Source: Eledone cirrhosa
Lineage: Eukaryota
Direction: 5' to 3'
Assembly (NCBI GenBank): GCA_964016885.1
Contig: OZ024742.1
Span: 341,744,001 to 341,808,000 of the forward strand
Length of the DNA stretch: 64,000 nt
The number at the start of each line of letters is the position of its first letter. The stretch's first letter is position 1. Below the pieces are notes generated by a model, which was given only the letters and a program-made list of their open reading frames with translations, ran no database searches and was not told the origin of the DNA. The position numbers and the translations under genes are program-made. Shown in pieces: positions 53,601 through 64,000 of this stretch.

Positions 53601-53899
53601 CTTTATAACAATATTTATTAAAACCCTGTTTCACTCTACTCGATACATCAGTGTTATATCGAGAGCGTTAGCTTCTTTACAATATTTATTAAAACCCTGT
53701 TTCACTCTACACGGTACATCAGTGTTCTATCGGGAGTGTTAGCTTCATTACGATATTTAGTAAAACCCTGTTTCACTCTACACGGTACATCAGTGTTCCA
53801 TCGAGAGTGTTAACTTCATTACAATATTTATTAAAACCCTGTTTCACTCTACACGGTACACCAGTGTTCTCTCGAGAGTGTTAGCTTCATTACAATATT

Positions 53900-56800
53900 T
53901 ATTATAACCCTGTTTCACTCTACACGGTACATCAGTGTTCTATCGAGAGTGTTAGCTTTATAACAATATTTATTAAAACCCTGTTTCATTCTACGCGGTA
54001 CATCAGTGCTCTATCGAGAGTGTTAGTTTCATTACAATATTTAGTAAAACCCTGTTTCACTCTACACGGTACATCAGTGTTCTATCGAGAGTGTTAGCTT
54101 CATTACAATATTTAGTAAGACCCTGTTTCACTCTACACGGTACACCAGTCTTCTATGGGGAGTGTTAACTTCATTACAATATTTATTAAAACCCTGTTTC
54201 ACTCTACACGGTACACCAGTGCTCTATCGGGAGTTTTAGCTTCATTACAATATTTAGTAAAACCTTGTTTCACTCTACACGGTACATCAGTGTTCTATCG
54301 AGAGTGTTAGCTTCATTACAATATTTAGTAAAACCATGTTTCAATCTACACGGTATATCAGTGTTCTATCGGGAGTGTTAGCTTCATTACAATATTTAGT
54401 AAAACCCTGTTTCACTCTACACGGTACATCAGTGTTCTATCGAGAGTGTTAGCTTCATTACAATATGTAGTAAAACCCTGTTTCACTCTACACGGTACAT
54501 TAGTACTCTATCGAGAGTGTTAGCTTTATAACAATGTTTATTAAAACCCTGTTTCACTCTACACGGTACATCAGTGCTCTATCGAGAGTGTTAGCTTTAT
54601 AACAATATTTATTAATACCCTGTTTCACTCTACACGGTACATCAGTGTTCTATCGAGAGTGTTAGCTTCATTACAGTATTTAGTAAAACCCTGTTTCAAT
54701 CTACACGGTACATCAGTGTTCTATCGAGAGTGTTAGCTTCATTACAATATTCATTAAAACCCTGTTTCACTCTACACGGTACATCAGTGCTCTATCGGGA
54801 GTGTTAGCTTTATAACAATATTTATTAAAACCCTGTTTCACTCTACACGGTACATCAGTGCTCTATCGAGAGCGTTAGCTTCTTTACAATATTTATTAAA
54901 ACCCTGTTTCACTCTACACGGTACATCAGTGTTCTATCGAGAGTGTTAGCTTCATTACAATATTTAGTAAAACCCTGTTTCACTCTATACGATACATCAG
55001 TGCTCTATCGAGAGTGTAGCTTCATTACAACATTTATTAAAACCCTGTTTTACTCTACACGGTACATCAGTGCTCTATCGAGAGTGTTATCTTCATTATA
55101 ATATTTATTAAAACCCTGTTTCAATCTACACGGTACATCAGTGTTCTATCGGGAGTGTTAGCTTCATTACAATATTTAGTAAAACGCTGTTTCACTCTAC
55201 ACGGTACATCAGAGTTCTATCGAGAGTGTTAGCTTCATTACAATATTTATTAAAACCCTGTTTCACTCTACACGGTACAACAGTGTTCTATCGAGAGTGT
55301 TAGCTTCATTACAATATTTAGTAAGACCCTGTTTCACTCTACACGGTACACCAGTCTTCTATGGGGAGTGTTAACTTCATTACAATATTTATTAAAACCC
55401 TGTTTCACTCTACACGGTACATCAGTGTTCTATCGAGAGTGTTAGCTTCATTATAATATTTAGTAAAACCCTGTTTCACTATACACGGTACACCAGTCTT
55501 CTATGGAGAGTGTTAACTTCATTACAATATTTATTAAAACCCTGTTTCACTCTACACGGTACATCAGTGCTCTATCGAGAGTGTTAGCTTCATAGCAATA
55601 TTTATTAAAACCCTGTTTCACTCTACACGGTACACCAGTGTTCTATCGAGAGTGTTAGCTTCATTACAATATTTATTAAAACCCTGTTTCACTCTACACG
55701 GTACATCAGTGTTCTATCGAGAGTGTTAGCTTCATTACAATATTTAGTAAGAACCTGTTTCACTCTACACGGTACACCAGTCTTCTATGGGGAGTGTTAA
55801 CTTCATTACAATATTTATTAAAACCCTGTTTCACTCTACACGGTACACCAGTGCTCTATCGTGAGTTTTAGCTTCATTACAATATTTAGTAAAGCCTTGT
55901 TTCACTCTACACGGTACATCAGTGTTCTATCGAGAGTGTTAGCTTCAGTACAATATTTAGTAAAACCCTGTTTCACTCTACACGGTACATCAGTGTTCTA
56001 TCGAGAGTGTTAGCTTCATTACAATATTTAGTAAAACCCTGTTTCACTCTACACGGTACATCAGTGTTATATCGGGAGTGTTAGCTTCATTACAATATTT
56101 ATTAAAACCCTGTTTCACTCTACACGGTACATCAGTGTTCTATCGAGAGTGTAGCTTCATTACAATATTTATTAAAACCCTGTTTCACTCTACACGGTAC
56201 ATCAGTGCTCTATCGAGAATGTTAGCTTCATTACAATATTTAGTAAAACCCTGTTTCACTCTACACGGTACATCAGTGCTCTATCGAGAGTGTTAACTTC
56301 ATTACAATATTTATTAAAACCCTGTTTCACTCTACACGGTACACCAGTGTTCTATCGAGAGTGTTAGCTTCATTACAATATTTATTAAAACCCTGTTTCA
56401 CTCTACACGGTACATCAGTGTTCTATCGAGAGTGTTAGCTTTATAACAATATTTATTAAAACCCTGTTTCACTCTACGCGGTACATCAGTGCTCTATCGA
56501 GAGTGTTAGTTTCATTACAATATTTAGTAAGACCCTGTTTCACTCTACACGGTACACCAGTCTTCTATGGGGTGTGTTAACTTCATTACAATATTTATTA
56601 AAACCCTGTTTCACTCTACACGGTACACCAGTGCTCTATCGGGAGTTTTAGCTTCATTACAATATTTAGTAAAACCTTGTTTCACTCTACACGGTACATC
56701 AGTGTTCTATCGAGAGTGTTTGCTTCATTACAATATTTAGTAAAACCATGTTTCAATCTACACGGTATATCAGTGTTCTATCGGGAGTGTTAGATTCATT

Positions 56801-59800
56801 ACAATATTTAGTAAAACCCTGTTTCACTCTACACGGTACATCAGTGTTCTATCGAGAGTGTTAGCTTCATTACAATATGTAGTAAAACCCTGTTTCACTC
56901 TACACGGTACATTAGTACTCTATCGAGAGTGTTAGCTTTATAACAATGTTTATTAAAACCCTGTTTCACTCTACACGGTACATCAGTGCTCTATCGAGAG
57001 TGTTAGCTTTATAACAATATTTATTAATACCCTGTTTCACTCTACACGGTACATCAGTGTTCTATCGAGAGTGTTAGCTTCATTACAGTATTTAGTAAAA
57101 CCCTGTTTCACTCTACACGGTACATCAGTGTTCTATCGAGAGTGTTAGCTTCATTACAATATTCATTAAAACCCTGTTTCACTCTACACGGTACATCAGT
57201 GCTCTATCGGGAGTGTTAGCTTTATAACGATATTTATTAAAACCCTGTTTCACTCTACACGGTACATCAGTGCTCTATCGAGAGCGTTAGCTTCTTTACA
57301 ATATTTATTAAAACCCTGTTTCACTCTACACGGTACATCAGTGTTCTATCGAGAGTGTTAGCTTCATTACAATATTTAGTAAAACCCTGTTTCACTCTAC
57401 ACGATACATCAGTGCTCTATCGAGAGTGTAGCTTCATTACAACATTTATTAAAACCCTGTTTTACTCTACACGGTACATCAGTGCTCTATCGAGAGTGTT
57501 ATCTTCATTATAATATTTATTAAAACCCTGTTTCAATCTACACGGTACATCAGTGTTCTATCGGGAGTGTTAGCTTCATTACAATATTTAGTAAAACGCT
57601 GTTTCACTCTACACGGTACATCAGTGTTCTATCGAGAGTGTTAGCTTCATTACAATATTTATTAAAACCCTGTTTCACTCTACACGGTACAACAGTGTTC
57701 TATCGAGAGTGTTAGCTTCATTACAATATTTAGTAAGACCCTGTTTCACTCTACACGGTACACCAGTCTTCTATGGGGAGTGTTAACTTCATTACAATAT
57801 TTATTAAAACCCTGTTTCACTCTACACGGTACATCAGTGTTCTATCGAGAGTGTTATCTTCATTATAATATTTAGTAAAACCCTGTTTCACTATACACGG
57901 TACACCAGTCTTCTATGGAGAGTGTTAACTTCATTACAATATTTATTAAAACCCTGTTTCACTCTACACGGTACATCAGTGCTCTATCGAGAGTGTTAGC
58001 TTCATAGCAATATTTATTAAAACCCTGTTTCACTCTACACGGTACACCAGTGTTCTATCGAGAGTGTTAGCTTCATTACAATATTTATTAAAACCCTGTT
58101 TCACTCTACACGGTACATCAGTGTTCTATCGAGAGTGTTAGCTTCATTACAATATTTAGTAAGAACCTGTTTCACTCTACACGGTACACCAGTCTTCTAT
58201 GGGGAGTGTTAACTTCATTACAATATTTATTAAAACCCTGTTTCACTCTACACGGTACACCAGTGCTCTATCGTGAGTTTTAGCTTCATTACAATATTTA
58301 GTAAAACCTTGTTTCACTCTACACGGTACATCAGTGTTCTATCGAGACTGTTAGCTTCATTACAATATTTAGTAAAACCCTGTTTCACTCTACACGGTAC
58401 ATCAGTGTTCTATCGAGAGTGTTAGCTTCATTACAATATTTAGTAAAACCCTGTTTCACTCTATACGGTACATCAGTGTTCTATCGAGAGTGTTAACTTC
58501 ATTACAATATTTAGTAAAACCCTGTTTCACTCTACACGGTACATTAGTACTCTATCGAGAGTGTTAGCTTTATAACAGTATTTATTAAAACCCTGTTTCA
58601 CTCTACACGGTACATCAGTGCTCTATCGAGAGTGTTAGCTTTATAACAATATTTATTAAAAACCTGTTTCACTCTACACGGTACATCAGTGTTCTATCGA
58701 GAGTGTTAGCTTCTTTACAGAATTTAGTAAAACCCTGTTTCACTCTACACGGTACATCAGTGTTCTATCGAGAGTGTTAGCTTCATTACAATATTCATTA
58801 AAAACCTGTTTCACTCTACACGGTACATCAGTGCTCTATCGAGAGTGTTAGCTTTATAACGATATTTATTAAAACCCTGTTTCAGTCTACACGGTACATC
58901 AGTGCTCTATCGAGAGCGTTAGCTTCTTTACAATATTTATTTAAACCCTGTTTCACTCTACAAGGTACATCAGTGTTCTATCGAGAGTGTTAGCTTCATT
59001 ACAATATTTACTAAAACCGTGTTTCACCCTACACGATACATCAGTGCTCTATCGAGAGTGTAGCTTCATTACAATATTTATTAAAACCCTGTTTTACTCT
59101 ACATGGTACATCAGTGCTCTATCGAGAGTGTTATCTTCATTACAATATTTATTTAAACCCTGTTTCAATCTACACGGTACATCAGTGTTCTATCGGGAGT
59201 GTTAGCTTCATTACAATATTTAGTAAAACGCTGTTTCACTCTACACGGTACATCAGTGTTCTATCGAGAGTGTTAGCTTCATTACAATATTTATTAAAAC
59301 CCTGTTTCACTCTACACGGTACAACAGTGTTATATCGAGAGTGTTAGCTTCATTACACTATTTATTAAAACGCTGTTTCACTCTATACGGTACATCAGTG
59401 TTCTATCGAGAGTGTTAGCTTCATTACAATATTTAGTAAAACCCTGTTTCACGCTACACGGTACATCAGTGCTCTATCGAGAGTGTTAGCTTCATTACAA
59501 TATTTAGTAAAACCCTGTTTCACGCTACACGGTACATCACTGTTCTATCGAGAGTTTTAGCTTCATTACAATATTTAGTAAAACCCTGTTTCACTCTACA
59601 CGGTACATCAGTGCTCTATCAATAGTGTTAGCTTCATTACAATATTCATTAAAACCCTGTTTCACTCTGCACGGTACATCAGTGCTCTATCGAGAGCGTT
59701 AGGTTCTTTACAATATTTATTAAAATCCTGTTTCACTCTACACGGTACATCAGTGTTCTATCGAGAGTGTTAGCTTCATTACAATATTTAGTAAAACCAT

Positions 59801-61100
59801 GTTTCAATCTACACGGTATATCAGTGTTCTATCGGGAGTGTTAGATTCATTACAATATTTAGTAAAACCCTGTTTCACTCTACACGGTACATCAGTGTTC
59901 TATCGAGAGTGTTAGCTTCATTACAATATGTAGTAAAACCCTGTTTCACTCTACACGGTACATTAGTACTCTATCGAGAGTGTTAGCTTTATAACAATGT
60001 TTATTAAAACCCTGTTTCACTCTACACGGTACATCAGTGCTCTATCGAGAGTGTTAGCTTTATAACAATATTTATTAATACCCTGTTTCACTCTACACGG
60101 TACATCAGTGTTCTATCGAGAGTGTTAGCTTCATTACAGTATTTAGTAAAACCCTGTTTCACTCTACACGGTACATCAGTGTTCTATCGAGAGTGTTAGC
60201 TTCATTACAATATTCATTAAAACCCTGTTTCACTCTACACGGTACATCAGTGCTCTATCGGGAGTGTTAGCTTTATAACGATATTTATTAAAACCCTGTT
60301 TCACTCTACACGGTACATCAGTGCTCTATCGAGAGCGTTAGCTTCTTTACAATATTTATTAAAACCCTGTTTCACTCTACACGGTACATCAGTATTCTAT
60401 CGAGAGTGTTAGCTTCATTACAATATTTAGTAAAACCCTGTTTCACTCTACACGATACATCAGTGCTCTATCGAGAGTGTAGCTTCATTACAACATTTAT
60501 TAAAACCCTGTTTTACTCTACACGGTACATCAGTGCTCTATCGAGAGTGTTATCTTCATTATAATATTTATTAAAACCCTGTTTCAATCTACACGGTACA
60601 TCAGTGTTCTATCGGGAGTGTTAGCTTCATTACAATATTTAGTAAAACGCTGTTTCACTCTACACGGTACATCAGTGTTCTATCGAGAGTGTTAGCTTCA
60701 TTACAATATTTATTAAAACCCTGTTTCACTCTACACGGTACAACAGTGTTCTATCGAGAGTGTTAGCTTCATTACAATATTTAGTAAGACCCCGTTTCAC
60801 TCTACACGGTACACCAGTCTTCTATGGGGAGTGTTAACTTCATTACAATATTTATTAAAACCCTGTTTCACTCTACACGGTACATCAGTGTTCTATCGAG
60901 AGTGTTAGCTTCATTATAATATTTAGTAAAACCCTGTTTCACTATACACGGTACACCAGTCTTCTATGGAGAGTGTTAACTTCATTACAATATTTATTAA
61001 AACCCTGTTTCACTCTACACGGTACATCAGTGCTCTATCGAGAGTGTTAGCTTCATAGCAATATTTATTAAAACCCTGTTTCACTCTACACGGTACATCA
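53900..61100. repeat. Distal-domain HOR with 34-monomer (2,412 bp) and 43-monomer (3,051 bp) periods
   Basis: AAACCATGTTTCAATC at 54331, 56743 and 59794; CATAGCAA at 55591, 58003 and 61054. Confidence 0.87.
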
Positions 61101-63510
61101 GTGCTCTATCGAGAGTGTTAGCTTTATAACAATATTTATTAAAAACCTGTTTCACTCTACACGGTACATCAGTGTTCTATCGAGAGTGTTAGCTTCTTTA
61201 CAGAATTTAGTAAAACCCTGTTTCACTCTACACGGTACATCAGTGTTCTATCGAGAGTGTTAGCTTCATTACAATATTCATTAAAACCCTGTTTCACTCT
61301 ACACGGTACATCAGTGCTCTATCGAGAGTGTTAGCTTTATAACGATATTTATTAAAACCCTGTTTCAGTCTACACGGTACATCAGTGCTCTATCGAGAGC
61401 GTTAGCTTCTTTACAATATTTATTTAAACCCTGTTTCACTCTACACGGTACATCAGTGTTCTATCGAGAGTGTTAGCTTCTTTACAGAATTTAGTAAAAC
61501 CCTGTTTCACTCTACACGGTACATCAGTGTTCTATCGAGAGTGTTAGCTTCATTACAATATTCATTAAAACCCTGTTTCACTCTACACGGTACATCAGTG
61601 CTCTATCGAGAGTGTTAGCTTTATAACGATATTTATTAAAACCCTGTTTCAGTCTACACGGTACACCAGTCTTCTATGGGGAGTGTTAACTTCATTACAA
61701 TATTTATTAAAACCCTGTTTCACTCTACACGGTACATCAGTGTTCTATCGAGAGTGTTAGCTTCATTATAATATTTAGTAAAACCCTGTTTCACTATACA
61801 CGGTACACCAGTCTTCTATGGAGAGTGTTAACTTCATTACAATATTTATTAAAACCCTGTTTCACTCTACACGGTACATCAGTGCTCTATCGAGAGTGTT
61901 AGCTTCATAGCAATATTTATTAAAACCCTGTTTCACTCTACACGGTACATCAGTGTTCTATCGAGAGTGTTAGCTTCATTACAATATTTAGTAAAACCCT
62001 GTTTCACTCTACACGATACATCAGTGCTCTATCGAGAGTGTAGCTTCATTACAACATTTATTAAAACCCTGTTTTACTCTACACGGTACATCAGTGCTCT
62101 ATCGAGAGTGTTATCTTCATTATAATATTTATTAAAACCCTGTTTCAATCTACACGGTACATCAGTGTTCTATCGGGAGTGTTAGCTTCATTACAATATT
62201 TAGTAAAACGCTGTTTCACTCTACACGGTACATCAGTGTTCTATCGAGAGTGTTAGCTTCATTACAATATTTATTAAAACCCTGTTTCACTGTACACGGT
62301 ACAACAGTGTTCTATCGAGAGTGTTAGCTTCATTACAATATTTAGTAAGACCCTGTTTCACTCTACACGGTACACCAGTCTTCTATGGGGAGTGTTAACT
62401 TCATTACAATATTTATTAAAACCCTGTTTCACTCTACACGGTACATCAGTGTTCTATCGAGAGTGTTAGCTTCATTATAATATTTAGTAAAACCCTGTTT
62501 CACTATACACGGTACACCAGTCTTCTATGGAGAGTGTTAACTTCATTACAATATTTATTAAAACCCTGTTTCACTCTACACGGTACATCAGTGCTCTATC
62601 GAGAGTGTTAGCTTCATAGCAATATTTATTAAAACCCTGTTTCACTCTACACGGTACATCAGTGCTCTATCGAGAGTGTTAGCTTTATAACAATATTTAT
62701 TAAAAACCTGTTTCACTCTACACGGTACATCAGTGTTCTATCGAGAGTGTTAGCTTCTTTACAGAATTTAGTAAAACCCTGTTTCACTCTACACGGTACA
62801 TCAGTGTTCTATCGAGAGTGTTAGCTTCATTACAATATTCATTAAAACCCTGTTTCACTCTACACGGTACATCAGTGCTCTATCGAGAGTGTTAGCTTTA
62901 TAACGATATTTATTAAAACCCTGTTTCAGTCTACACGGTACATCAGTGCTCTATCGAGAGCGTTAGCTTCTTTACAATATTTATTTAAACCCTGTTTCAC
63001 TCTACACGGTACATCAGTGTTCTATCGAGAGTGTTAGCTTCTTTACAGAATTTAGTAAAACCCTGTTTCACTCTACACGGTACATCAGTGTTCTATCGAG
63101 AGTGTTAGCTTCATTACAATATTCATTAAAACCCTGTTTCACTCTACACGGTACATCAGTGCTCTATCGAGAGTGTTAGCTTTATAACGATATTTATTAA
63201 AACCCTGTTTCAGTCTACACGGTACACCAGTCTTCTATGGGGAGTGTTAACTTCATTACAATATTTATTAAAACCCTGTTTCACTCTACACGGTACATCA
63301 GTGTTCTATCGAGAGTGTTAGCTTCATTATAATATTTAGTAAAACCCTGTTTCACTATAGACGGTACACCAGTCTTCTATGGAGAGTGTTAACTTCATTA
63401 CAATATTTATTAAAACCCTGTTTCACTCTACACGGTACATCAGTGCTCTATCGAGAGTGTTAGCTTCATAGCAATATTTATTAAAACCCTGTTTCACTCT
63501 ACACGGTACA
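60350..63510. repeat. 22-monomer (1,561-bp) tandem duplication containing an internal 4-monomer (284-bp) repeat
   Basis: CATAGCAA at 61054/62615 and 61906/63467. CAGAATTTAG at 61201 and 61485, repeated at ~62762 and ~63046. Confidence 0.9.
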
Positions 63511-64000
63511 CCAGTGTTCTATCGAGAGTGTTAGCTTCATTACAATATTTATTAAAACCCTGTTTCACTCTACACGGTACATCAGTGTTCTATCGAGAGT
63601 GTTAGCTTCATTACAATATTTAGTAAGAACCTGTTTCACTCTACACGGTACACCAGTCTTCTATGGGGAGTGTTAACTTCATTACAATATTTATTAAAAC
63701 CCTGTTTCACTCTACACGGTACACCAGTGCTCTATCGTGAGTTTTAGCTTCATTACAATATTTAGTAAAACCTTGTTTCACTCTACACGGTACATCAGTG
63801 TTCTATCGAGAGTGTTAGCTTCATTACAATATTTAGTAAAACCCTGTTTCACTCTACACGGTACATCAGTGTTCTATCGAGAGTGTTAGCTTCATTACAA
63901 TATTTAGTAAAACCCTGTTTCACTCTATACGGTACATCAGTGTTCTATCGAGAGTGTTAACTTCATTACAATATTTAGTAAAATCCTGTTTCACTCTACA

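Larger units (their letters stand above)
1..64000. repeat. Tandem satellite DNA array, 71-bp monomer (~900 copies, single orientation, extends beyond both window edges)
   Basis: TGTTCTATCGAGAG recurs at 1, 72, 143 and onward to the end of the window. Most monomers differ from the consensus at 0-5 positions, with occasional 70-bp, rare 69-bp and rare 72-bp units. The consensus has 26/71 G+C. No non-repeat sequence was seen. Confidence 0.99.

Noticed and set aside
724-59347. Dozens of 61-166 aa plus-strand ORFs (MLASLQYLVKPCFTLHGTSVFYREC...)
   Set aside because: They are translations of the satellite. Because 71 is not a multiple of 3, frames normally reach the TAG/TAA in GTGTTAG or GTGTTAA within a few monomers, and longer ORFs appear mainly where a 70-bp monomer skips that stop. 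Most start at GTG within the repeat, and no domain or coding signature is evident. They are useful only as HOR markers.
1-64000. CRISPR array or repeat-spacer system
   Set aside because: There are no unique spacers: the entire 71 bp is repeated with only point variants, and no leader or cas gene is present.
1-64000. Strict 142-bp dimeric repeat from alternating TAGT/TATT monomers
   Set aside because: Runs of three or more of the same allele are common (e.g. TAGT x4 at ~320-535, TATT x3 at ~9258-9400), so the alleles follow HOR order rather than alternation.
1-64000. Mobile element insertion or strand inversion within the array
   Set aside because: No interruption of the monomer register, no reverse-complement monomers (e.g. 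GAAACAGGGTTTT on the + strand) and no foreign sequence were seen while reading through.
1-64000. CENP-B box
   Set aside because: The core NTTCGNNNNANNCGGGN is not present in the consensus on either strand. The CGGG variant (TATCGGGAG) lacks the upstream TTCG at the required spacing.
1-64000. Variant pattern as an information-storing code or diversity-generating cassette system
   Set aside because: The variant order is explained by nested duplications and deletions of monomer blocks. No enzyme gene, template/variable pair or adenine-specific mutation pattern is visible.

Overview
The whole 64,000-bp window is one uninterrupted head-to-tail array of a 71-bp AT-rich satellite (about 900 monomers, about 37% GC). 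The consensus, seen exactly at 72-142, is TGTTCTATCGAGAGTGTTAGCTTCATTACAATATTTA[G/T]TAAAACCCTGTTTCACTCTACACGGTACATCAG. I saw no unique sequence, inversion, transposon insertion, CRISPR spacer or credible gene; every listed ORF is a by-product of the repeat. Rare monomer variants act as barcodes and reveal nested, locally changing higher-order repeats (HORs): 15-mer, 23-mer inside an apparently perfect 88-mer tandem duplication, 11-mer x3, 15/16-mer, 35/27-mer, a ~139-mer super-period, 34/43-mer and 22-mer. These fall into three variant-defined domains (~1-30 kb, ~30-50.6 kb, ~54-64 kb) separated by a heterogeneous zone. This organisation is typical of eukaryotic centromeric, pericentromeric or heterochromatic satellite DNA, but I cannot name the host or the family. 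The monomer contains two interrupted dyads and, on the minus strand, a degenerate hammerhead-ribozyme-like core (CUGAUG(U)...GAAAC-AGG-GUU), which is a speculative lead. All offsets were read by eye from marker variants and the ORF track, and block boundaries are approximate (about +/- one monomer).
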